Of a DNA stretch of 24,000 bases, positions 1 through 8,928 are shown in pieces. The notes below the pieces were generated by a model. The model saw nothing but the letters and a program-made list of their open reading frames with translations. It did not search any database and was not told the origin of the DNA. The stretch covers positions 67,728 to 91,727 of the forward strand of contig JAHHSO010000003.1 of the NCBI GenBank assembly GCA_020025205.1, given 5' to 3'. The translations under genes and the position numbers were made by a program. The DNA is from Christensenellaceae bacterium. Lineage in GTDB: Bacteria > Bacillota > Clostridia > Christensenellales > Aristaeellaceae. The stretch's first letter is position 1. The number at the start of each line of letters is the position of its first letter.

Positions 1-459
1 GGCACGCTCATGGAGATCCAGTTCATCCAGAAGCCAGCTTAGCTTGCTGCCGGAAAAATACGCATCCGGCACAAGACCTGTTGTCGCCTTGATATGCTTC
101 TCCAACCCCTCTTCCCGAAGCCGTGCAATGATCGGCGCTGTGCGGCGGCACTGCCAGACAATCGCATTATACAGCGGCCTGCCCGTCTTTCTGTCCCACA
201 GAAGCGTTGTCTCGCGCTGATTGGTGATGCCAATTGCAGCAATTGCCTCCAGCGGAATGCCGCTGATGCGCACCACTTCACGCAGTGCATCAATCTGTGT
301 ATTCAAAATCGCCGCCGGATCATGCTCAACCCAGCCCGGCTGAGGATAAATCTGCTCAAACTCGTAGCTTTTCATGGCAACAACGCGCGCTTTTTCATCG
401 AAAATGACAGCGCGTGAGCTGGTCGTTCCCTGATCCAGTGCAATGATATACGTATGCAC
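1..459 (-). CDS. glpK: Glycerol kinase (FGGY family), N-terminal part, truncated by window edge
   Basis: Minus-strand translation from a GTG at 459 reads (M)[47 protein letters not shown]..., the canonical glycerol kinase N-terminus. RBS-like GGGAGG lies upstream. The frame stays open to position 1. Confidence 0.93.
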   Translation of the reverse strand, partial: MHTYIIALDQGTTSSRAVIFDEKARVVAMKSYEFEQIYPQPGWVEHDPAAILNTQIDALREVVRISGIPLEAIAAIGITNQRETTLLWDRKTGRPLYNAIVWQCRRTAPIIARLREEGLEKHIKATTGLVPDAYFSGSKLSWLLDELDLHERA

Positions 460-481
460 AGCTTTTCCTCCCTCTTATCCG

Positions 482-513
482 AGAAAACGCGCCGCCGGAA
501 CTCCGACAGCGCG
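482..513 (-). terminator. Rho-independent terminator after the 523..2781 gene
   Basis: Minus strand CGCGCTGTCGG-AGTT-CCGGCGGCGCG-TTTTCTC: 11-bp stem (2 G-T wobbles) followed by T-rich run, just after the ORF stop. Confidence 0.7.
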
Positions 514-522
514 ACAAGTATT

Positions 523-2781
523 TTATTTCAGTTCCACGAAGTAAAGCAGACCGCCGGTCGTGCCAACGACAATCTGATTGCCGTATGCAGCCGGAGAAGC
601 CTTGATCGGGCTTCCCAAATTCACAGTGCTGATCGTAACACCAGAGAAACCGTCCATCAAGCGAAGGGTTCCATTGTCATCACCCATAACGATGTAACTC
701 TTTCCGTCCGTCTGATACAGACCAATCGGGGACGATACGGATTCTACGTCAAGCGGCTGGTTCCATACCTCTGCGCCCGTCTTCTTATCCAAGGCGAACA
801 CAACAGCGCTGAGGTTGTTCTTGTCCAGCTCAAGACGGTTGACGTTGAAAACCACCAGATCGCTGATCTCGCCTTCGCCAATCAACGCAGAAGCCATCAG
901 GCCAGCATACATGCCTTCCTGGGCGGATTTGCTGGAATATTTTCCCTTCATTTCGGTCTGATATTCCCAGCGGATTTCGCCCGTGAGCGCATCCATCTTG
1001 ACAAGACGCACCTGATTGCTGCGCTCATTCTTGGCGATTGCAGTGCCCGTATACAGGCTGACGCTGCCATCTGCTTCGCACTCAATGGATGGCGTAGCAA
1101 TGACGCTGTCCCCCAGATCGACTGCCCAAACTGTCTTGAGCGTCGTCATGTCAACGCACTGAACCATACCCGCCATATCTCCAAAGTACGCATAATCGCC
1201 ATACGCTGCCGGGCTGCCAACAATTCCAGGCTTTCCGTTGCGGATATTGGTTTCATACGCATAGGCAGCCGCCTTTGGATCAATGGAAATCTCCGCGTTT
1301 TCCAGATCAAACTGGGTATTCATGTCTACCGTATAGAGCATTCCGTTCTGAGAAGTATACACGAGGGTATCAGAATCGGACTCTACCAGTGCCGAAGAAG
1401 TAATCTGGCTGTTTTTAGACTGTGCTTCCAGCTCCTTGCTGGTTTTAAATCCGATGAGCTTCTGATTAATCAAATTGTAGATACGCATGCCAATGACGCC
1501 TTCATAATCGGCAGCTTCGTCTCCTGTCTGACCAACATACAGAAGCGGATAGCCATATGGATTGACACTTGCAGTCACATCCATCGGCAGACCAATGTCA
1601 ATTGGCGGACGAGAAGGCGCCTGCGTATCCAAATCGTAGAAGTAAATTTTGCCGTCAGCAGAAGGAGCGATGACTTCCTTCATGGCTTTCGTATCGCGGG
1701 ACTCCGGATTGATGTTCATCATCTCGCGAATATTCTTATACCACTTCACAATCAGCGGCTGGCTGCCGTAACCGAAACCAGTATACTGATTATCCAGCTT
1801 CGTTGTACGGACTCCGCGAACCACGCTGAGGGTTTCATCCTGCACCTCAACCGTGCCATATGCCGCATTCTGACGCAGCGGACCGCCTCTGAATGTCAGA
1901 ACACCGCCCTGATCAGTATACTTTTCCGGATCACCCATGGAAACCTTTTCGCTTCCCGTCCATTCCGTCTTCTCGCCATCTGCAAGAACGTAACTGCCAG
2001 TAATCAGCGTTTCCGGCAAAGTTTCTTCAACTGCCGCGGCGCGTTCTGCGCGATAAGGAACCGGGGTCGGGCTGGGTGTCGGGGTTGGTACCGGCGTTGG
2101 GCTCGGAGTAGGCGTAGGAACCGGCGTTGGGCTTGGAGTCGGCGTGGGCACCGGCGTCGGACTCGGAGTCGGGCTTGGAGTCGGCGTGGGCACCGGACTC
2201 GGAGTCGGCACTTGTGTCGGCGTAGGCGTCGGCTTAGGTGTCGCTGTCGGAGACGGTGTCGGCACCGGCGTCGGCACATCTGTTGGTTTGGGCGTTGGGG
2301 TCGGCACCGGCGTTGGAACCAGAGTCGCTGTGGGCTCCGGCGTCGGTACAGCCGTTGGTGCAGCCGTCGGCGTTACAGTCGGAGCAGGCGTTGAAATTAT
2401 GCCAATCTGCCTGAAGAGTTCCTCACGCTCCTGCGGAAAAACTACCCAGCCCAAGACCAGAAGGATGATGATGAGAACAAGCACCGAAATGAGAACAGTC
2501 AGGCCGCCGCTGCCGCCTTTTTTGCGTTTTTTTCTGATCTGAGGCATTTCATCCTCGTCATCATTAAACTCGTCTTTCCAAAGCGTTTCCTCTTCAAATT
2601 CGGGAACAGCCTTTCTGACCTCGCTGTGCGGCGGTTCAGGATGAACCGGAGAAGCAGGCTGATTAAAATTCTCTGTTTGCTGAGATTGCTCGAACGCCTC
2701 AAAAGCCTTTTGTTGTGCCTCTGCACGTCTGCGCCTTTTAGGCATCGGCTCACCGTTTTTCTGTTCGTCCAAAGTGTACAC
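523..2781 (-). CDS. Membrane-anchored protein with Pro/Thr-rich linker and C-terminal PQQ-like beta-propeller repeats
   Basis: 752-aa ORF: charged cytoplasmic N-terminus, one TM ([23 protein letters not shown]), ~100-aa [11 protein letters not shown] linker, then repeats such as [34 protein letters not shown] and [10 protein letters not shown]. The true start may be the TTG at 2772 (GAGGTG RBS 5 nt upstream). Confidence 0.85.
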   Translation of the reverse strand: MYTLDEQKNGEPMPKRRRRAEAQQKAFEAFEQSQQTENFNQPASPVHPEPPHSEVRKAVPEFEEETLWKDEFNDDEDEMPQIRKKRKKGGSGGLTVLISVLVLIIILLVLGWVVFPQEREELFRQIGIISTPAPTVTPTAAPTAVPTPEPTATLVPTPVPTPTPKPTDVPTPVPTPSPTATPKPTPTPTQVPTPSPVPTPTPSPTPSPTPVPTPTPSPTPVPTPTPSPTPVPTPTPSPTPVPYRAERAAAVEETLPETLITGSYVLADGEKTEWTGSEKVSMGDPEKYTDQGGVLTFRGGPLRQNAAYGTVEVQDETLSVVRGVRTTKLDNQYTGFGYGSQPLIVKWYKNIREMMNINPESRDTKAMKEVIAPSADGKIYFYDLDTQAPSRPPIDIGLPMDVTASVNPYGYPLLYVGQTGDEAADYEGVIGMRIYNLINQKLIGFKTSKELEAQSKNSQITSSALVESDSDTLVYTSQNGMLYTVDMNTQFDLENAEISIDPKAAAYAYETNIRNGKPGIVGSPAAYGDYAYFGDMAGMVQCVDMTTLKTVWAVDLGDSVIATPSIECEADGSVSLYTGTAIAKNERSNQVRLVKMDALTGEIRWEYQTEMKGKYSSKSAQEGMYAGLMASALIGEGEISDLVVFNVNRLELDKNNLSAVVFALDKKTGAEVWNQPLDVESVSSPIGLYQTDGKSYIVMGDDNGTLRLMDGFSGVTISTVNLGSPIKASPAAYGNQIVVGTTGGLLYFVELK
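2010..2345 (-). repeat. Low-complexity coding repeat ([11 protein letters not shown]) in the 523..2781 ORF
   Basis: Degenerate tandem units such as ggcgtcggactcggagtcgggcttggagtcggcgtgg encode repeated [10 protein letters not shown]. Confidence 0.9.
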
Positions 2782-2811
2782 CTCATTTCAGGGAGTCTGT
2801 GATTTGTGTTC

Positions 2812-2840
2812 ATTATACATGATTTTTTATCTTTTCTCAA
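2812..2840 (-). promoter_or_regulatory. Putative sigma-A type promoter for the 523..2781 gene
   Basis: Minus strand TTGAGA (2840-2835), 17-nt spacer, TATAAT (2817-2812). Confidence 0.6.
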
Positions 2841-2942
2841 TCCCAATTTCTCAAAAAGCTGGAACAGAAGTCTTTTTTTCCCTGCCAAAGTTTGCGAATC
2901 AGCATAGAATGGGAATAGAAGATCCGAAAGGAGCGACCCTTC

Positions 2943-3248
2943 ATGCTCGAATCCATTTCTCCCTATATGCTTTTAAAGCTCAGCAAACCGAAAGAGCCTG
3001 ACGTCATCGTCACTGAATACGACCGTTACAGCGCGATGCAGAACGCTTCAAATGTTTCCTCCCCAACTTTTCAGCCTCCCGCCGTCTCTGAACCAGAAGA
3101 ACCCGCCAAAGTCCCGGAGTCTCCCATGCCGCCCTTCTATCCGCCTCTCAAACGCACACATTATATCAAGGATATTGGCGCTCGCCATGAAACAGCGTTA
3201 AAGAGCGGTGTCCGATTTATTCAGCCCAGCCAGCGCCCTGATACATAA
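2943..3248 (+). CDS. Small hypothetical protein (101 aa), Pro-rich centre
   Basis: ATG preceded by AAAGGAG at good spacing. Predicted protein MLESISPYMLLKLSKPKEPDVIV... No family recognised. Confidence 0.55.
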   Translation: MLESISPYMLLKLSKPKEPDVIVTEYDRYSAMQNASNVSSPTFQPPAVSEPEEPAKVPESPMPPFYPPLKRTHYIKDIGARHETALKSGVRFIQPSQRPDT

Positions 3249-3697
3249 CGCGCCGCAGGCATGCAGGGCGGCGGCGGCCACCTGCGCTCCGGCCATCCAC
3301 GTTCTTCCGTCTGCCTTTTTTTCTCTTCTGCCCGGTATATCGTCTTTTCTTGCTCCTGATTTTTTGTTTTGCCCGCCGGCCGCTCCGTCGGGCATTCTCT
3401 TTTTTCCATCTCAAAAGCTCTTTTTGCCGCTTCATCTGTATACAGACGAAGCACGCCGTTTTCCGTTACATATGCAGCGGCAATCTTTGTTCCGTCATCC
3501 GGATGTTCATTTTCTTCTGCCGTCCACGCACCTTCCCACACGGTCTTCCTGTTGTCGGCCCGAATAATCGTCATTCTTGCTTTATCCATTGCTCCCCCCT
3601 TAAATCGCACTACCCCCTGCCCCTGAATGAGATAGCCTTCCGGCTTCCCTGTAGCGCCTTTTAATACAAAACTCCTGCCCACGATAAACACCTCCAT
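3221..3697 (-). CDS. Hypothetical protein (<=158 aa)
   Basis: ORF occupying the intergenic space. GGAGGTG sits within the first codons of the listed ORF, so the real start is probably the downstream GTG near 3679. No family recognised. Confidence 0.45.
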   Translation of the reverse strand: MEVFIVGRSFVLKGATGKPEGYLIQGQGVVRFKGGAMDKARMTIIRADNRKTVWEGAWTAEENEHPDDGTKIAAAYVTENGVLRLYTDEAAKRAFEMEKRECPTERPAGKTKNQEQEKTIYRAEEKKRQTEERGWPERRWPPPPCMPAARYVSGRWLG

Positions 3698-3720
3698 AAA
3701 AAACTATGCCGAATTGCCGC

Positions 3721-3749
3721 TTGCCTTGTCAGGAATTTGGCTGTATAAT
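3721..3749 (+). promoter_or_regulatory. Putative promoter for the VanW-family gene
   Basis: TTGCCT (3721-3726), 17-nt spacer, TATAAT (3744-3749), then RBS GGTGGAGGTC before GTG 3785. Confidence 0.5.
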
Positions 3750-3784
3750 GAATCAATGATTTATGCCTAGGTGGAGGTCATCCT

Positions 3785-4852
3785 GTGCAATATAAGATTC
3801 CAATGTTATTTCTCTGTTTGCTTCTTTTCTTCTCTGCCGCCTTCGCAGACGAAGGAACCACGGTCTGTTTTGAAGATTTCATGGCGAATGCTGAAAATGG
3901 CGTCCCCATGATTCGCTACACTGGCCGAACTAAAATCTCCATGAACATGCGCAGCGCCGCTGACAAGGAAAGTGAATCACTGGGGATTTTAAAAGAAGGC
4001 GACACCGTAAAGATTTTCGGTTTCGATCAGGTCTGGCTGTTTTGCTGGGATGAGACCGTCGGTATTTATTACATCGGTCGGCATAATGTAGATGATATTC
4101 AGCCGGTTTCTCCTGATATTCCTCCTTACGGAGTCATTCCAAACCGCTTTGTGGCTTCTACTGCCGTTGAAACCCCTCTCCTTTCCGCACCAGACACCAA
4201 CGCGGAAATATTGGCTTCTTACCCCGCTGATACGCGCATAAGTTTCTGGCATATCGTCGATGGATGGGCTGTCGTTCCATACAAACGGGTGGTCGGTTAC
4301 ATGTACATGGGGGACATGAAAGACTTGACGCCGGTTTCTCCCAGTGTGGAATATGCACAGGCCGGCGACATTCTGTCTGCCTTCACCACTTTCTATTCTA
4401 TCAAACAGACGGAATTGAACATTGGACGTATGGAAAATCTTCGCGTTGGCTCCGACTATATCAGCAAAGTTTATCAGCCAGGCGAATCCTTTTCCTTCAA
4501 CCAGGTTGCAGGCCCTTATCGCAAGAGCCGCGGCTATATGGATTCCCCTGTTCTGATCAACGGCGAATCTGTCGCCGGTTCCGGCGGCGGCACTTGCCAA
4601 GTTTCTACAACATTGTACAACGCTCTTTTGCAGCTGCCAGACGGGATCACCATTCTCTATCGCCATGCACACGGTCCGAGCGGAGCAGCTTATGCGCCTC
4701 ATGGCGTTGATGCAGCGGTAGGCCGTGATTTAGGCGGCGGCAACAGCATTGAATTGGATCTCCGTTTCAGAAATGACTACGATTTTCCCATCGCTCTGGA
4801 CTGCTCTGTGCAAAACGGAGCGTTGTGCATCTGCATTCGCAAAGCAGGATAA
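3785..4852 (+). CDS. VanW family protein with signal peptide and N-terminal SH3-like regions
   Basis: Signal-like MQYKIPMLFLCLLLFFSAAFA. C-terminal VanW core: NLRVGSDYISKVYQPGESFSFNQVAGPYRKSRGYMDSPVLINGESVAGSGGGTCQVSTTLYNAL. Confidence 0.88.
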   Translation: MQYKIPMLFLCLLLFFSAAFADEGTTVCFEDFMANAENGVPMIRYTGRTKISMNMRSAADKESESLGILKEGDTVKIFGFDQVWLFCWDETVGIYYIGRHNVDDIQPVSPDIPPYGVIPNRFVASTAVETPLLSAPDTNAEILASYPADTRISFWHIVDGWAVVPYKRVVGYMYMGDMKDLTPVSPSVEYAQAGDILSAFTTFYSIKQTELNIGRMENLRVGSDYISKVYQPGESFSFNQVAGPYRKSRGYMDSPVLINGESVAGSGGGTCQVSTTLYNALLQLPDGITILYRHAHGPSGAAYAPHGVDAAVGRDLGGGNSIELDLRFRNDYDFPIALDCSVQNGALCICIRKAG

Positions 4853-4875
4853 TTCAACATAAAAACGCATCAAAT

Positions 4876-4923
4876 AAATTCCAGCAGGAAGTCAAGGTGT
4901 GTCCTTGGTTCCTGCTGGAATTT
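4876..4923. terminator. Bidirectional intrinsic terminator between convergent VanW gene and recN
   Basis: Perfect 15-bp inverted repeat AAATTCCAGCAGGAA ... TTCCTGCTGGAATTT with inner caagg/ccttg pairing, between two convergent stop codons. Confidence 0.8.
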
Positions 4924-4975
4924 TAACTTTATGCATTTGGAATTTTTGAGAAGGAGACTTTTCGTACAACCCTTT

Positions 4976-6739
4976 TTATCCTTTATAACCGGCACTATGC
5001 TCTCGATTGGCTTCTCGAAGTACAGTTTTTCGCTTTCGCGCCTGTTCCAGCATATTGTGGGCATGGCTGACGCTGCTTTCACTCTCGCACCCAGCGCCTC
5101 CCACCATTCTTGCAATTTCCAGCGCACGCTGGTCATCGTCCAAATGCATGACCATGGTTCTTGTTGTACCATTTTCATCGTATTTGCGCACAAGAAACTG
5201 CTCGTCTGCCATGGCGGCAATCTGCGGCAGATGCGTCACACAAATGACCTGATGATGGTCACCAATTTGCGTCATCTTTTCAGCGACCACCTGTGCCATG
5301 TGACCGCTGATGCCTGTGTCAATTTCATCGAAAACCATGCTGCGCGGAATCCCCGGTTTCTGTGCCGAAAGATTTTTAAGAGCCAGCATGATACGGGATA
5401 ATTCACCACCAGATGCAACGCGCGCCAATGGTTTAAGCGGCTGCCCCAAATTCGCACAAAACATCATCTCAATCCGATCAACACCCTGTGCGCTAAATCG
5501 ATCCAACAGCTTTTCCCCTTCTTTCAGAGGTTCAAAAGCAACGGATAAGCGTGCATTTTTCATCCCAAGATCTCGAAGCTGACCTTCCATGCTTTTTTCA
5601 AATCGCCTGGCTGCTTCTTCGCGCTTTCTGGTTAAGCAAATCGAAATTTCTTCCAGTTCATGCGTGAGATTCCGATATTCCTTTTCAAGGCGTTCCGCCG
5701 CCTCATCTGAACATTCCAATTCGTCCAGCTCAGATTCAATCTTATTGCGATAACAGATCATGTCCTGCGTTGTCGCGCCATATTTTCGGTTTAAACGTTT
5801 TAGAAGATCCAGCCGGCTTTCAACTCGCTCCGCTTCTTCTTCGTCATATTCCATTTCTCCGCGAAGATCACACAAATCTCGTGCCGCGTCTTCCACTTCG
5901 TAACAAAGACCATCCAAGCGTTCATAAAGCGTTTCATAGCGAGAATCCAACGAAGCCACCGGCATCAGCGCATTGACACCTTCGCGGAGCAGTTCGACTG
6001 CTGACGAGCCTCCGTCAACGCCATTGTTCAACAGCGCGCAGGACTCATCAAACGCCGAAATAATCTTTCCTGAATTGCGGAAAAATACCTTCTGCCTTTC
6101 CAGCTCTTCCTCTTCGCCTTCTATCAAATGTGCATTTTGAAGCTCTTCCAGCTGAAAACGAAGCATGTCAATGCGCTGTTCTCTTTCCGCGACATTGCGG
6201 CGAAGACGCGAAAGCTTCTGCGAACAGTTGCGCCACTTGGCATATGCCTTTTCATTTTCTGCCAGCAGCGGGCCAATTTCATCTGCCGCATATTCATCCA
6301 GATATGCAATATGGTTCCTGCTGTCCAGAAGAAGCTGATGTTCATGCTGGCCATGTATATCCAGAAGCTGGGCTGAAACATGCCGGAGCGTTTGAAGCGG
6401 CACAACATTCCCGTTTACACGGCAGATATTGCGGCCGGAACTGGTCAGCTCACGGGAAATAGAGACGGTATCCTCATCGTTCATCATTTCAAGCTCTTCA
6501 AGAACCGCCTGCACTTTCTCATTTCCAGCGATATCAAAAACAGCTTCCACGCGTGCCTTCGCCTCGCCATTTGCAATCAGGTCTCTGTCTGCGCGCTCTC
6601 CAAGCACCAGATTAACCGCATCCACAACGATGGACTTTCCCGCTCCGGTTTCGCCTGTCATCACATTCATGCCCGGTGCAAAATCTATCGTCATTTCATC
6701 AATCAACGCCAGATGATGAATGCTGAGCTGCAAAAGCAT
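4976..6739 (-). CDS. recN: DNA repair protein RecN
   Basis: MLLQLSIHHLALIDEMTIDFAPGMNVMTGETGAGKSIVVDAVNLVLGERAD... and C-terminal ...ASGGELSRIMLALK...MVFDEIDTGISGHMAQVV...VICVTHLPQIAAMAD. Confidence 0.97.
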   Translation of the reverse strand: MLLQLSIHHLALIDEMTIDFAPGMNVMTGETGAGKSIVVDAVNLVLGERADRDLIANGEAKARVEAVFDIAGNEKVQAVLEELEMMNDEDTVSISRELTSSGRNICRVNGNVVPLQTLRHVSAQLLDIHGQHEHQLLLDSRNHIAYLDEYAADEIGPLLAENEKAYAKWRNCSQKLSRLRRNVAEREQRIDMLRFQLEELQNAHLIEGEEEELERQKVFFRNSGKIISAFDESCALLNNGVDGGSSAVELLREGVNALMPVASLDSRYETLYERLDGLCYEVEDAARDLCDLRGEMEYDEEEAERVESRLDLLKRLNRKYGATTQDMICYRNKIESELDELECSDEAAERLEKEYRNLTHELEEISICLTRKREEAARRFEKSMEGQLRDLGMKNARLSVAFEPLKEGEKLLDRFSAQGVDRIEMMFCANLGQPLKPLARVASGGELSRIMLALKNLSAQKPGIPRSMVFDEIDTGISGHMAQVVAEKMTQIGDHHQVICVTHLPQIAAMADEQFLVRKYDENGTTRTMVMHLDDDQRALEIARMVGGAGCESESSVSHAHNMLEQARKRKTVLREANREHSAGYKG

Positions 6740-6754
6740 AGCGCCCCTCCTGAA

Positions 6755-7204
6755 TTACCTGTTCAAATTGCGAAAACGGTGTACGACCGCTTCCGCTTCC
6801 TCGGTGTCGTGTACAATAACAAGAATTGTATTGTCCCCTGCAATGGTGCCCAGCACCTCCGGCCAATGCAGGTTGTCCACAGCTTCTGCGGCCACATGCG
6901 CACTGCCTGCAATGGTGTGAACGACAACCAAGTTGTTGGAACTCATTGCCTCGACCACGGAATCTTCCAGCATCCGCTGAAGCCTGTCACCAACCTTCTG
7001 ATCGCCTCTGTCCATGGTGGCATAGCGATAGCTTCCATCTTCAGAAAGCACTTTAATCAGGTGCATTTCCCTGATATCGCGGGAAACGGTAGCCTGCGTG
7101 ACCACCATTCCGTGCTCACGCAGCGCTTCTGCCAGTTCTTCCTGTGTCTGTATATTCTGTTCTTCGACAATCTGGCGAATCAGCGCCTGACGTTTAGATT
7201 TCAT
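6755..7204 (-). CDS. argR: Arginine repressor ArgR/AhrC
   Basis: 149 aa: MKSKRQALIRQIVEEQNIQTQEELAEALREHGMVVTQATVSRDIREMHLIKV...GTIAGDNTILVIVHD. Confidence 0.96.
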   Translation of the reverse strand: MKSKRQALIRQIVEEQNIQTQEELAEALREHGMVVTQATVSRDIREMHLIKVLSEDGSYRYATMDRGDQKVGDRLQRMLEDSVVEAMSSNNLVVVHTIAGSAHVAAEAVDNLHWPEVLGTIAGDNTILVIVHDTEEAEAVVHRFRNLNR

Positions 7205-7222
7205 GGCTCATTCCTCCTTGTA

Positions 7223-8101
7223 TCACAAACTCCACTGGGATAACTTGTCCTTGAGCAGAGAAAAGAAATTCCGCTCTTTGGGAAAACGAATCAGCAATGC
7301 ATCATGGCCGGAGCGCCTGATGCTGACCTGTTCTTGGTTGAGCATCTGACAGACCGCCTGCCCGTCAATTGAAAGCTGAATGCCTTCACGCATTTCTTTC
7401 ATATTTAAACGCAAAACAACGCGCTCTCCCGCAGAAAGGACGATTGGTCTGGACTGCAATGAATGCGGACAGATCGGAGTAAGCACAAAACACGGCACAT
7501 CCGGACTGACTATTGGGCCGCCTGCCGAAAGCGAATAGGCCGTGGAACCCGTCGGGCTTGCGATAACCACACCATCGGCAATATAATGATCAACCAGCGT
7601 ATCGCCGACAAAGACATCCATCGCTATCATTCTTTGACAAAGGCCGCGGGATATGCTGACTTCATTGGTTGCAAACGTACTAACCGCATGTCCATCTAAA
7701 TCCGCTTCAACACAGAGCATCATGCGACGTTCAATTTCATACTCTCCCCGCACAAGCGCATCCAGCGCCTGTGCCAGTTCATCAACCTGTGTTTCCAGAA
7801 GAAACCCCAGCCGTCCCATGTTGATCCCCAATATCGGAATGTCACATTTCACATATAAATCCAGTGCACGAAGCATGGTTCCGTCGCCGCCAAACACAAA
7901 GAGCATATCCATCTTTTCCTGATCTGGCGCATTCAGAAAAACGGCATCCTTCGGAAATTCCGAAATGTGTTCGTATAAATCTGCGCGGTCATCTTCAAAA
8001 AAGACCGGTTCCATACCGTGCTTGCGACACATCGTCACACAAAGTGCCACTGTTTCATAAATCGACGGTTTATTTTTATTCAGGTAAAACATCGGCGTCA
8101 T
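7223..8101 (-). CDS. nadK: NAD(+)/NADH kinase
   Basis: FVFGGDGTMLRALD, NMGRLGFLLE, ISPTGSTAYSLSAGGPIVSP-type motifs (here VIASPTGSTAYSLSAGGPIVSPDV). Confidence 0.96.
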   Translation of the reverse strand: MTPMFYLNKNKPSIYETVALCVTMCRKHGMEPVFFEDDRADLYEHISEFPKDAVFLNAPDQEKMDMLFVFGGDGTMLRALDLYVKCDIPILGINMGRLGFLLETQVDELAQALDALVRGEYEIERRMMLCVEADLDGHAVSTFATNEVSISRGLCQRMIAMDVFVGDTLVDHYIADGVVIASPTGSTAYSLSAGGPIVSPDVPCFVLTPICPHSLQSRPIVLSAGERVVLRLNMKEMREGIQLSIDGQAVCQMLNQEQVSIRRSGHDALLIRFPKERNFFSLLKDKLSQWSL

Positions 8102-8112
8102 GTGCCGTCACC

Positions 8113-8928
8113 TCATCGCTCCAGCTGTTCATGCGCCGCCTTGACGACAGCGTTCACATCGTCTTGCGTAACGCGGCGAACTGCTCTGTTTGCCGGCAGA
8201 ATGTGAACCAGAAACTCAATGTTTCCTTCCGGGCCTTTGATTGGCGAATATGACAGATCCTGCGCTATCCAGCCCATATCATTTTCAATAAAATGCAGAA
8301 TCTCAAGAATCACATCATGATGCACCTGTGCATCACGAACCACGCCCTTCTTGCCCACGCGCTCACGTCCCGCTTCAAACTGCGGTTTAATAAGCGAAAT
8401 GAACTCGCCGTCCTCGCCCATGATGGCCGCAGCCGCCGGCAAAATTTTCGTTATGGAAATAAACGATACATCCATTACGCCCAGCGTTGGCTTTCTGTCC
8501 AGATCTTCAGCTGTCAGATACCTTGCATTGACCCTTTCCATCACAGTAACACGCGGGTCATTGCGCAATTTCCAATCCAGCTGGCCATAGCCCACATCAA
8601 TGGAATAGACATGTTCCGCGCCATTCTGCAAAAGCACATCTGTAAACCCGCCGGTTGATGCGCCCAAATCCATGGCCACAACACCAGTCGGATCGACATG
8701 GAACACCTTGAGTCCTTTTTCCAGTTTCAAAGCACCGCGGCTGACATAGCCGGTTCCCGTCTGCCGGACAGACAGCTCGTCTTCGTCCTTCACCTGCATT
8801 GAAGCTTTGTCTACTTTATTCTCTCCAATATAGACCACTCCAGACATGACAAGTGCCTGTGCCTTTTCCCGGCTTGATGCCAACCCGCGCTCCACAAGCG
8901 CGACATCCACTCTCTTCTTATCGGGCAT
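8113..8928 (-). CDS. tlyA: TlyA family rRNA (cytidine-2'-O)-methyltransferase / S4-domain protein
   Basis: MPDKKRVDVALVERGLASSREKAQALVMSGVVYIGENKVDK (S4) plus VVAMDLGASTGGFTDVLLQNGAEHVYSIDVGYGQLDWKLR. Confidence 0.96.
   Translation of the reverse strand: MPDKKRVDVALVERGLASSREKAQALVMSGVVYIGENKVDKASMQVKDEDELSVRQTGTGYVSRGALKLEKGLKVFHVDPTGVVAMDLGASTGGFTDVLLQNGAEHVYSIDVGYGQLDWKLRNDPRVTVMERVNARYLTAEDLDRKPTLGVMDVSFISITKILPAAAAIMGEDGEFISLIKPQFEAGRERVGKKGVVRDAQVHHDVILEILHFIENDMGWIAQDLSYSPIKGPEGNIEFLVHILPANRAVRRVTQDDVNAVVKAAHEQLER

Noticed and set aside
2010-2345. Repeat array considered as CRISPR or a DNA minisatellite
   Set aside because: Short degenerate units with no unique spacers, entirely in frame in a coding Pro/Thr linker.
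454-2394. 646-aa plus-strand ORF with an Arg/Gly/Trp-rich C-terminus
   Set aside because: Antisense shadow of the PQQ/Pro-rich gene. The Arg-rich tail is the reverse reading of the linker repeats.
2144-2542. Plus-strand [15 protein letters not shown]..., resembling a glycine-rich protein
   Set aside because: Reverse reading of the PTP repeat; low-complexity artefact.
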